Source: Microbotryum violaceum
Taxonomy: Eukaryota
Direction of reading: 5' to 3'
DNA: 64,000 bases
Assembly: GCA_001244265.2 (NCBI GenBank)
Contig: CDLV01000013.1
Span: 1,054,001-1,118,000 of the forward strand
Numbering within the stretch: position 1 is the stretch's first letter; each line of letters starts with the position of its first letter. A program made the position numbers and the translations under genes. Below the pieces are notes generated by a model. The model had not been told where the DNA came from, did not search any database, and saw nothing but the letters and a program-made list of their open reading frames with translations. Shown here one piece after another: positions 1 to 10,888 of this stretch.

Positions 1-2388
1 ATCGAGTACGAGGCCCGACGCGCTCTGATGGTCTCGCTACAGAACCAACTCGAAGCCTCGCTGTCTAGCTCGCTGGTCAGTGCCATCAATACTCGAGACG
101 TCAAGACGTGCAAGTCGTACTATGCCATCTTTGGTCAGATCCAGCGCGAAGCCGAGTTCACGGCATACTACTTTGGATCGCGGCGCAGCGCGCTCGTCGA
201 TGCATGGGTCAATGCCAAACTCATCGATATACCTAATGTGACGATTGAACCTGATGCTGCGAGTACTGCGACATCAACTGCCTCGGCCTCGATCATGTCC
301 GCTTCGACTCCTATCAAGCTCACCTCGTTCCTCATCAAGTTCTATGGTGACTTGCATGCCCTACTCGCCGAGGAACGCACATACGTGCCTGCGATCTTTC
401 CTGATCCTGCACCGACCATCTCCTCCTTCGTCTCGACAACTCTTGAGGGTCTCTCGCCCTCCTTGCCTCAGCGCCTCAGTGCCATCGCCGACACGTATGG
501 ACCGCTCATCTTGCCCGAGCTCATCCAAGCTTATCGCGCGACCGAAGACTTTGCTCTCAGCGTCGATCAAATCATCTCCAAGCTCGATCCGTCTGATGCG
601 ACCCCTTTGGCTACCCACGGCAGCTCGGGAAGTGTCTCAGGAGCTCCGTTCGTATCCTCGCCCGGGCTCGAAGGCAGCGCGCCGGCGACCCCCTCGAAGC
701 GCGATCGAAGACTGTCGAAACGCATGTCGACGTCCCGGAGAATGAGCTCCCGTTCACTGTCCTTCGGTGGTTCGGCTGTTTCCAATACAGATGGCGCAGG
801 TGTGCCCACAACGGCCAATCACGCGGCCGTGCGAGCGTGGGAGACGGCGATGTTCGAGCCCTTCTTAGATTGGCAGGTCGAGTATCCCGAGCTCGAACGG
901 CAGTACCTCGCATACGAAGTCGCACGTGTCACGGGACCACCAGGAACGGATGTGATGGGCAATCTCGTCGAGGAAGGTGCGGGCGCGTCCTCGGGTTCGA
1001 GAGATCAGAAGGGTGGAGAGAAGGGGGCGCGAGCTCTGTGGGATCTGACATCCAGTGTCTTTTCTCTGATGGAGGACGCGATAAGTCGATCTTCGGCGAT
1101 GACCCATGGCTATGCTGCAGCGGGTATCGTCGAAGTCATTGACGGTCAGCTGGTCGATTTCCTCGACCAGAGAAAGAATGAGCTCAACCGCGCCAAATCC
1201 ATGGTAGGGCATGCGCGTCGAAGACAGGGGCTTAGGAGCGAGAATGAGGACGAAGCTGCTTTTGAAGGACTCGAATACTCGACCGAGGACTGGGGCACGT
1301 TCCAGCTTGGTCTCAGATTGCTCGATACGTGTCGTTCGATCACCGACCGGCTGACTTCGTTTGAAAACAAGCTGCAGACTCGGCTGATGATTCTGGCGCA
1401 GACGATCCGGGAAGCGAGGGAGGATCCATTGCACTATTCCATTCCCGGGACGACTCGCGGTGCCATCACATTACTGCGACAGTCAGCTCTGAACTCTGTC
1501 GAGCTGGCTCAACTGCTCGAACCGCTCGAACGACTTCAGGACGCATTGACAGGTCCGCCGGCTCCACCCCTCTCGCTCGCGCTCATGCCTAAGGCTCGAT
1601 TCGCGACCGTTGAGTTCACGCGTGCGACGCAACTATTCCTACATGAGACCATCTTGGCCCCTCTCCTCGCTCACCTCAACGACTACGCCGTACTTCCAAC
1701 CTGGACCACATCGCAGGATCAGCGACCCGGAGCCAAAGGCGCGTTCGACTTGGCGATCCCCACCTTCTCGCTCTCCCCCACGGAGACAATCTCGCGGGTC
1801 GGCGAAGGCCTTTTCAACCTGCCCCGGCTCTTCGAAGTCTACGCTGGCGATGATGCCCTCGCCTTTTCGATCGAGACGTTGCCGTACGTCGACGCTGAGG
1901 CTCTGCGCGCTCTGCAGCCGCCCTCGCTCGCTTCGCCCATCAGCCCCGCGCATCGTCCGTCGCTGAGCCATTCACGAATGAGTGAATCTGTGTCGCTTTC
2001 TCCCCCTGCGACGTCGGCCTTCTCCCGCCGAGTCGCGAGCGTCTCCTTGGTCTCGATGCCGAGCTCTCACTCCCATCTGAGCGCCGAGACGGTCATCTCA
2101 ACGTGGTTGTCGTCCTTGACGCTATCGATCCTGCACCACCTCACGTCCGTCGTGCTACCGACGATGCATCGTCTGTCCAAACATGGGGCCCGGCAACTTG
2201 TCAGTGATTTAGACTATATCGTCAATGTTGCAAGAGCGTTGGATGTTGAAGCAAGTGATGAGCTCGATGCGTGGAGAGATGCTGCGGCTTTGGAGGAGAA
2301 GCCGGGGAATGAGGAGGAGTTGGGGATGGACAAGCGCGTATATGAGAGAGTGGCCAAGATGCGAGGATGGAGAAAGACGGGGGCTTGA
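1..2388 (+). CDS. COG7: Conserved oligomeric Golgi complex subunit 7 (5'-truncated by window)
   Basis: Long open frame from the window edge; helical protein with COG7-like C-terminal motifs (PTFSLSPTETISRVGEGLFNLPRLFEVY; QLVSDLDYIVNVARAL). Confidence 0.8.
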   Translation: MEYEARRALMVSLQNQLEASLSSSLVSAINTRDVKTCKSYYAIFGQIQREAEFTAYYFGSRRSALVDAWVNAKLIDIPNVTIEPDAASTATSTASASIMSASTPIKLTSFLIKFYGDLHALLAEERTYVPAIFPDPAPTISSFVSTTLEGLSPSLPQRLSAIADTYGPLILPELIQAYRATEDFALSVDQIISKLDPSDATPLATHGSSGSVSGAPFVSSPGLEGSAPATPSKRDRRLSKRMSTSRRMSSRSLSFGGSAVSNTDGAGVPTTANHAAVRAWETAMFEPFLDWQVEYPELERQYLAYEVARVTGPPGTDVMGNLVEEGAGASSGSRDQKGGEKGARALWDLTSSVFSLMEDAISRSSAMTHGYAAAGIVEVIDGQLVDFLDQRKNELNRAKSMVGHARRRQGLRSENEDEAAFEGLEYSTEDWGTFQLGLRLLDTCRSITDRLTSFENKLQTRLMILAQTIREAREDPLHYSIPGTTRGAITLLRQSALNSVELAQLLEPLERLQDALTGPPAPPLSLALMPKARFATVEFTRATQLFLHETILAPLLAHLNDYAVLPTWTTSQDQRPGAKGAFDLAIPTFSLSPTETISRVGEGLFNLPRLFEVYAGDDALAFSIETLPYVDAEALRALQPPSLASPISPAHRPSLSHSRMSESVSLSPPATSAFSRRVASVSLVSMPSSHSHLSAETVISTWLSSLTLSILHHLTSVVLPTMHRLSKHGARQLVSDLDYIVNVARALDVEASDELDAWRDAAALEEKPGNEEELGMDKRVYERVAKMRGWRKTGA

Positions 2389-3560
2389 CGAGAGTGAAGG
2401 CAGGATCATGTTGTGATGTAGAGAGCGCTGCACGTGAACTGTCACGAGGGTTTCTCTCCACAAAAAGCTTGCACCGATACTTTGAAGAGCGCGTGAGCTC
2501 AGCCTCAGTGGCGTTGCCTCCAAACGCCCACGTTCAAACGCGCTCAAGCCCCGTTCGGCTCAAACATCCCATCGGTTGCATAGGCAGTTACCCGGTCTCT
2601 CTCAGCGGGCTTACTATACTTTGTAGGTACTTGCGTCTCGTGAAGTTCTGGCGTCACTCGGCCGAGTCCCGGTCGCGCCTCGGAGACTGGGCTCAGGGGC
2701 AATGATAGATCTGGCAGCTACAGAGTTTCGACATCTTGGATGCGGGTCTTGCTTCCTAAGCACGGACGTTCTGAGACAAAACTGCCCAAAAGGTTTAGTG
2801 GCGTAACTGGCAAGGCGTCGACATTCCAGTACGGTTAATCCTCGGACTCTGTTCTACCCAAACAATGAGAAAACAAAGAAGAGGACACCAGTCGGAGCCG
2901 CTGTGCAACGCGGCCTGCTACGTGCACGTGAGAAAAGGAGAAAAAAGCAAACACAGCGAACCCCACACATCCCCACTTCCTCTCCATCATCGCCATCGAG
3001 TCTGACCTGTCCCGCCGCATTGCCTTGCCAGTTGAAGCAGCTGTTGGCAGCGGGTGGCCATGTTAGCAGCAGCTCGCAACTTCACGTTCGAGCAGAGGGA
3101 ATTACTAGTAGGTAGTCACACTTGGTGTGCATAAAACTCAGTTTTGTGGACAAAGTTGTTGGTTCATCATTGATACCCGTCATGACGTCTTGCACTGCCG
3201 ATTGGCGGACAAGGAAACTCCCTGTGACGCCAAATCCCGTAAGCTTTCACGCTGCTTACTGCTGACGTCGGCGCACGGGTCCAGGATCCCAGATGTATCA
3301 ACGGTCGACGCTCCACCCCGCATTCTGCTGCGGTATCCACATTATTCAGCTCGACACTATCCGGATCCACCAACCAGGTCAACCCAGACGCACCCAAGCC
3401 GGCTGAACTGCGGTCCCCCCCGAGACTGCACCGAGCTTCCGTTCGATCGCCCCGACCGGCGCCCGTTCGCGGCCCCCTCTCCGGAGCGCGGGTGTCGGGC
3501 ACCACAGTGCAGGCGAAGACCAGTTCGCCGCGGTCAGTGCCAACTGAGCTTCCAACAGCG

Positions 3561-6420
3561 CATGACAGCTCCACCATCTGTCTCTGACCGGCCTGGACTG
3601 GACTGGGAGAGGAGTGTCGATGCCGCGAGGTCATTTCCGAACTTCCACGGAGACCGGGACTGGCATGATCCAGACGCCTCTATCGGCGTTCATGGGCACG
3701 CGCAAGGGGGCTCCGCGAAGCAGGGCGAGACGTCTCCTGCCAGCGAGGTGAGCCATGCAACCTTGAGAAGGTTTAGTATCCTCATCTCCCGTCCTGTGAC
3801 TGACCCTGTACACTACTTTTATTGCCTCTTGACAGGGACCTATTTCAAGATCACTTTGCGACATCTGCCCTCGGCTTCATGCCTTACTTTGCCAACGGCT
3901 ACGGCCTCCAGCTCAGTACCCAGGTACCGATAACTCTTGGCCCACCTCACAACAATCATTTCGTTCCGGGAACTGGCGATGCCGGGCCTGAAACCGCCCG
4001 ACAACACACTCCGAATGCTTCCTCTTTTTCGTCCTCGTATGCACCGTCTCTGCTCGGTGCCATTGCTCCATGGTATGAGCACGATTCCCGGTCTTTGCTG
4101 GACCAGACATCGCAATCAAGTCACCGCCTGCCTTGAACTGGGCGAATTCGGTAAATTCTCCTGTACTCTGTGTCATGCGGTGTTCGTACAAGGCGCAGCG
4201 CTGTTGGCCCGCGAGGGGGGGAGCGCGAGGGGCGGGGGAGGAGCAGGATGTTGCACAGATACCACCGCGCTACTGACAACCCCTGAGCGGGAATGACAGA
4301 CACTCCTGCATTCTAGCATCCATGCTCCAATACTGACCACACATTTACTCTCATTTCAGGCTTTCGCAACGGCTGTACCGCCGATGCAAGGCGATGCAAG
4401 AAGCTATTCTGCTTCTTCGGCGTCTCAGCCCTCCACTTTCTCGTCCTCGTCGCCATCGTTGCATTGTCCTCATCACGCCATGTCCAGCCTGAGCTCACTG
4501 GAGGAATCGATCACGAATGCTGGCGATAGTTCATTTCGCGCCGGCTGTGTAGTTCGCGACGATGCGCCTGGTCATGTCCTCGACCAGGTCAACGCTCATT
4601 TGACGTACACGCGTCCACTGCTCGATTCATCGCAACGCTTTCAAGACTCCCAGCCTGGGTCACAGTACTCTTACTACACCAACTATCGGCCATCGTCAGC
4701 TTCTGCTTCCTCTTCGAGCTCTGTGATGCAAGGCTCGGCCTACCCAGATTCTTCCAAACAGTCCGCCACCCCTATGGCCCACTATCACGACGACCCCTCG
4801 ACGTCACTGCAGTCTGTGCCCGAACACATTCGGCGGAGCGCACCCGGAGAGCATCTTACCCCTCCTTGGGCACCGACATCAGTCGCGGCACGTTCTCAAG
4901 TCTACTTGCTTCTCCTGGCTCAATGGCGACTTACGCGCCGACTTCGGGATCTACACAAGCGATCTCTGCTCGCGGCATACTGGCTTCGGGAATGCCGATC
5001 CCAACGTTCTCTCCCATCAACACCAATTCCAATTCTTTGTTGGGTCGCACCCGAAATGCGTCGTCCGCGCAGACCCGAAGTCCGAGAACGAGACAAACTT
5101 CGACACCCGGCGGAGGGGCGAAAGGGGTGTGGCCGAGCCCGAAAACGTCGGCATCTCGCGCTCTCACGGGTGGACTTGCCGGGTCTCCTCATACGCCCAC
5201 TTCACCGCGGGCACTCCCCTCCTCCCCGAGTACGCCACTTCTTGAGTCCTTCTATGACCCAAGGCCAATCGCGTACTCGTGGGAGCTAGTCTCTCGACGA
5301 CCCCTTCGCCGGCGTCGACACCCGCCGGCACACCCCTCGTCGCAAACGTCAAAGATTTGCCCATGATCAAACAAGAGCAAGTACTGGTCGAGTCCAACGC
5401 TTTCTGATCATACTGCCACCGCATGCTGGCTTCGCTGATATTGCGGGGGAAAGAGGAGCAATTCCAAACACCATACCGCGCCGACTTTATCTGCTTCACA
5501 TGTCAACCTCCAATTGACGACAAAGGAGTACCCGTCATACCCCAGGTCGACGAAAAGGACCGGGACGAGATCACATATGAAAACTCGGTCTCAGCTCTGC
5601 TCGATTCGCTGTCCGGCGTCGACATCCAAGCGACGGAGGAGAGACCCCCGCGGTCGCGGCAAGCTCGCTTTCGCTGGAAGCAAGAAACGCAAGGTCAACG
5701 TCGAGTCTCTGACGCGTGACGTCTGTCAGCGAGATCTTGCAGCCGGTGGCCTCAGTTCGCAGCCGAACAATCTGCCCGTCGAGCTCATGATTGAGGTCGT
5801 CTGCGTGTCGTGTGCAGCTAAGTACCAACGATGCTCAGACTGTGGAGGAGGCGGAGGCGGCCGAGTTGGGTGAGCCAAGATCATATTTGGCTTTGCATAC
5901 ACTGAAAGGCACCGACGCCCTTCCCACAACGCTATGAGTAGCATCGGCAAGTGTCGCTGCAAAGAGCTATTCCGGGACGGCCGGCGGAACTGCTCGCTTT
6001 CCCACGTCCGACAGGGGTTACACGACATGCAAGCGTACGAGATCTGGTCTACCAGTCAGTTGCCACCCGAGGAACTGGATTTCATGATTGCCGCGATGTG
6101 GGATGTGACGATCAGCGCCATCATGAGCATGAGCGCGATCCCAGACATTTTGGAGGCACCCACGCCGCTGGCGAGAACGTACGACGAGCTGCAGCGGTAT
6201 GCGGTCGACACGTGGTCCGTCTTCGAGCCGCTGGCAAGAATGGTGAGTGAAAATCGCTTCTTGTCTCCGCTCGTATACACCGTGTTGAGGGGATGCCTCG
6301 ATTTTTTTGTTTTCATGATCGATCAGGACCAATCGGCTGAACATTACATCCGTCGATATTTCGCGCTCCGCTGGACGACGCCCCACAAACGCAAGAAAAA
6401 GGGAGCCGCGGACCTCAAAG
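3561..6420 (+). pseudogene. Degenerate gene for Ser/Pro-rich protein with Cys-rich (Zn-finger-like) domain
   Basis: Stitched frames give ...F*SYCHRM...FICFTC...TRDVC...CVSCAAKYQRCSDCGGGGGGRVG/IGKCRCKELF...CSLSH; in-frame TGA at 4134 and 5405; frameshifts near 4860, 5281 and 5645; GT-AG introns still visible. Confidence 0.65.
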
Positions 6421-6897
6421 TCGCGCTGTTTGCGTTTGGAGCGCGTTAGTGTCTGCATTTGCTGTAAAGTATGCGCCTCTGATGTGCATAAAATACAATC
6501 TGTCGTTCTTGAACGATAGGCTAAAAGCAAGTCGTGACTAGAACTACTCAGAGGCTGCTTATTGGGCTGTTTCCTGTAAGACATTTGCGATCATTTATCG
6601 TTTTTTGATCGCCTCTCGCTCGGAACGCCGACTTGTCGAGCTACGTCTCCTCTTCTTCCTTTCGATCTGGAAGCTCTCTCGCCGATAAGTATCTTTTTTT
6701 CCTAGTCGTATCTTTCTGTTCCTAGTCGGTCAAAGATTCCCAGGGTTCGCCGCCGCCGCCGATACACGTCGGATTCTTTGGAACCGATCACCCGATCACC
6801 GAAATGGCACTCGAAGAGCTCTGGGCATCAATTCAGGAGTGCAAGGCTGGCCTTGTGTCTCTGTAAAACACCCAAGGGGGATTTGGTGGGTATGATC

Positions 6898-6989
6898 GAT
6901 TCTGATTCAGGATCAAAGAGTCCTACACTACTGTCCTAGCCAGTGTGCTTAACTGCATTTCCTCTGACTTTCCCAGAGATTTCTAGGTA
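6898..6989. repeat. Dispersed 92-bp repeat, copy A
   Basis: Ungapped manual alignment to 40941-41032 with about 12 mismatches in 92 nt. Confidence 0.9.
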
Positions 6990-7278
6990 CATATTAGGAT
7001 ATGGCGCGCGGCTGAGAACCTTATTTTGGCCTGTATTCTTCAATGTAGATGTAAATTATATTCATTTTAATCCATCAAATGAATGATAAACAAAGATGAG
7101 ATCCTATTCGAGTCCATTTCATTTTGAAAAGGCTCATTGGCGGTCGCGCTGGCACCGCTCTTGGTGCTTGGTGCGCGCGCAACCTTTCCCGCCCGCGCGC
7201 GGCGGGAATGCAGTCTGCGCTACGTTTTCTGAGCATTGTACAGCTTGTAGAGTAATTTTGAGAAATTATTCAACACTA

Positions 7279-7367
7279 GGCGGCCCTCTTTTTTGGACAT
7301 CCTCAGTCAGAATCCGGAGAAAGTTTGGACATTTTGCCTCGAAAAAGGCCGTTTTTAGAGGGCCGCC
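7279..7367. mobile_element. MITE-like element (Tc1/mariner-type signature)
   Basis: TA|GGCGGCCCTCT...AGAGGGCCGCC|TA: perfect 11-bp terminal inverted repeats, TA on both sides, internal direct repeat TTTGGACAT x2. Confidence 0.6.
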
Positions 7368-7626
7368 TATGGCTGGGCTTTCGGGGGTCCTCCTCTCGCC
7401 GTTCGTTCTAACAGGGCGAGTCATCAACGACAGTCGTAAAATTCGCACGACGAGAATTTATGGGATGCATCATTCCGTGCTCAATCATGTTGGCACAGAA
7501 AGATTGGAGCTAAGCGGTACACAAAGCGTATCAACACAATCTTGCAAAGAAAAAGCCGTATCAGTACTATTCACCGCCCGTTGCCGAAACTCTCTTGAGC
7601 GTGTGGAAGCGGGGACACCACCCCTC

Positions 7627-10417
7627 TTACTGGCTCGCCTCGAGTCGTTCCCTCTCTGCACGATCTGCAAGCGACTCGCCGGATGGGCCCTTCCATGCAT
7701 GCAGTGCCAGATCTCCCTCAATACCTGTGGATAAAACGCACCCATCAGCCAAGTTCATCCCACACACCCCCGGAAGATCGAAAGCGCACTCACCCCCATG
7801 GCCATTACACCAAGCGGTCGACATCAATTCCGGCCGATAAGGGTGCCACGACACGTCCCTGACCATGATCATACCTCCCGATTTTCCCTTACTACTTCTC
7901 AGTTTCGAGTCGAACGGATCGTTGTAATCGCCCGTCTCGGCATTGATCAAGGAATGTGTGTACCTCCGATTGATCTTTTGCACGAGCGTGCCGTCCAAGG
8001 ACCAGATGTGAATCTTGCCGTCCGAACTGCCGCTGTAGACATATTGCTGGTCCGTCGTGGCCGCGGGGGAGAAGTGACATCGAATGAGCGTACGCAACAC
8101 CGCGTGCCCACGATAGGTCATGACCGAGCAGTCATGCGGGTGTTGCTGGTGGCGTGGCTTAGCGTAGTAGCCACCGCGGTAATCCCAATTCGCTGGTGGA
8201 CAGAGGCCAGGCATCAGTGGACTGGTAATCTAACGTGTGCTTGCACTATGATCACTCACGAATTCCGAAGTGCTTGACATCCAGTCGTAATCGATCAAAT
8301 TCGGCGTTCGAAGTCATCTTGCGCAGATCCCACAGCTTCGTGCCTTGGTCCTTGCCGTTCGAGAGGCAGTATCGCCCATCCCCCTTGGGTGCGACAAACT
8401 GTTAGAGAATAACAGGATGACCAGGATGTTAGATTAGGGTCATAGAAAAAGCAAGCGATTTGACAACCCACCGTGACGCCTTCAGTATGTCCAACTAATG
8501 TACCGGCTGCCTGCTTTCCCGACATGGACCTCCGGTCCCAAACCTTGACGAACGAATCATCACTCCCCGAGATGACGACATTCGAAGAAGCGCTATCGGC
8601 GAACGCAACGGCATTGACATCGTCTTGGTGGCCTCGAACGTTCAGGATAGACCGCTTGGACTCGATGTCGTAGACAATGATCGCTCCCGAAGATGCACCT
8701 GCGACAACCTCTTTACCGTCGTTTGAGAATCGCACGGACCAGATCTGCACGATTCGCAATACCATTCATGTCAGCTTGGAACTCCTAAACGTAGTGGGCT
8801 GGACCTGAACTCACTCCACCGACGTCCCTTCGCGAGCCATTCGCAAAGTCAAGCATCTCTTGTTGTTCGTCCAAGTCCCACACCCCGTTATTCCCTCCAC
8901 CGCCCGTCTTGACGAGATGCACATAGGGCGAGATACTCGCGTACAGCATCCACTCGTTGTCGACACTCAGCGAAGCATCGGTGACGGTCCACTGACAAGC
9001 GATCGGGTTGGCTTGGATCGTCTTGATCACCTTCATCGACGAGCGATGCTCCCACGTGCCACCGTACAGTCGATTGCGCCGTGTTGCCGTAGGCGTGGCC
9101 TCGATAACGGATTTGTTGCCCGTGCGTGGTGGCTCCTTAGTGTCGTAGACGTAGATCTTGAAATCTTTCGCCGCCGCATCTATGTATAGTACAGTGTCTC
9201 AGAAAATTTTGATCGGTCCCAGGCGAGGTAGGGTATGGGAGCTGGACCTACAAAAGAAAGCGCCATCAGTCGAGTATTGCCCCGAGTAGACTTTGGCTTG
9301 AAGCTGCGCCACTTCGACTCCCGAGTTGTTGGGCACGAGGTCCTGCAAAATAGTCGCACATGAGCAAAAATGAATTTACCATGGGGCTCAGCATAACTCA
9401 CATGTGCGAGCCAACTTTTGGGCATTCGGCCGACGTTGAGATCGCGTTCGCCCAAGATTCTCGAGACGTTTGGGGAATAGTCGCCGAATTTGCGTTCGGT
9501 CGCGGCGTACTTTCTTGGCGGCTGGAGAGGGAACGAAATTTACTTTCAGTAAAAGAATCTTCGTTCGATGATGCTGAGATGTCAAAAACTGACTGGACCG
9601 AATTCGCCCGATCGTTCGAGCCTGACTCCGGCGGGTACGGGTTCCTTGGGAATCTCGTAATAGTTCTTGGTCGTCCTCCTGGCCGGACCCCAATACGGGT
9701 CATCGTACCCACCCGAGTCCTCTCCGTCGTCATCCTCATCTTCTGCGGCTTCCTCCTCGTCCTCTTCGTCTTCGTCGTCGCCTTGGCCTGCCATGACTCT
9801 GCTTCGCATGCCGGGCACGAGCTGCGAGAGGATCATGCGCCGGATCGAAGCGAGTGTGGTGCCCGTACCTCGCAGGTGTTGGTGTGTCAACTGAGCGGCG
9901 TTTCCATTATCGTCAACGATTAAAATTTGCCGACTCGTGGCTGATTGTGGGATCATCGGCGGTGAATCAGTTCGACTGCATACTCTGACTCGGGGATGGC
10001 GGATGGCCCGGATTGCCTCCACTTACGATCGAAGGCGATCCTCAGGGCGCCGCCGCCACTCGGGCCATTGGTCTCAGCATCGGCCTCGTCTTGATCATCG
10101 TCCTCGGCAACCTCTGTAGCTTGATCCAGTTCTTCTTCTTCTTCCTCCTCTTCTTCCTCGTCCTCATTGAAAGAGGTGTCGTCCGAGGTCTCCGAGAAAG
10201 TGTGCGAGCCCAAAGTGGCCATATCATCCACGGCGGCCCACCCAGCCTCATCGTTGTCCTGATCATGATCATCGTCATCAGGCATGCCCTGGAACAAGGA
10301 CAGCCCCGTATTGGCGGGAGCGACTTCGTCTTCACCTGCTTCCATCATGGCCTGCGTGGTTGACGAGTCGTTGCGGCCGGTCCGCGAGTTGGCGTAGAAG
10401 CCTCCTGGCATCGACAT
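7627..10417 (-). CDS. WD40 protein, DCAF11/WDR23 (LEC14B)-like CUL4 substrate receptor; multi-exon
   Basis: WD repeats (GHQDDVNAVAF..SGSDDSFVKVWDRR; GHTEG; YRGHAVLRTLIRCHFSP..YSGSSDG; RDVSWHP); acidic N-terminus. Confidence 0.85.
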
Positions 10418-10888
10418 GATGGTCGATGTGGGGAGCCTGAGCCAGCAGCAGCGCATGAGCAGGCCGATGCGTTGGCTGAGAATTGGAAGCGCGGGCCCTA
10501 ATGCTTCTTATGAGATGCCCGCACGCTCTAATGCTGAGTTGTGCCGCGCCTGGTGCCCCGGTTACTTTACCCCGGGTCTGCTCAGCTTTGGACTCCCTCG
10601 TGTCCGTCTTCCTACGCGATCAGCCAAATCGCTCCGAGCGTCACGAGGAACCACATTCTTTCGGGTCACGCATCAGGTGCTTGATCACCCGCCGACACGT
10701 ATTCCAGAGTCTCGAAACTCGTGCGCGGTCGGATCCCCAACGTTCGAGCAGGAACCCTCTGGTCAACCGTTCGTGGTCTACAATAGGCACTTCGCTTCGG
10801 CACTTCACTTTGGCACCTCCACGGCGCACTCTCTTCAAAAGATACTACATACCTACGCCCACACTTCAGGTGCATCGTTACTCGCTCA

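Noticed and set aside
5405..5407. TGA in a CxxC-like motif read as selenocysteine
   Set aside because: Dikarya are not known to encode Sec, and the locus has other stops and frameshifts, so pseudogene is simpler
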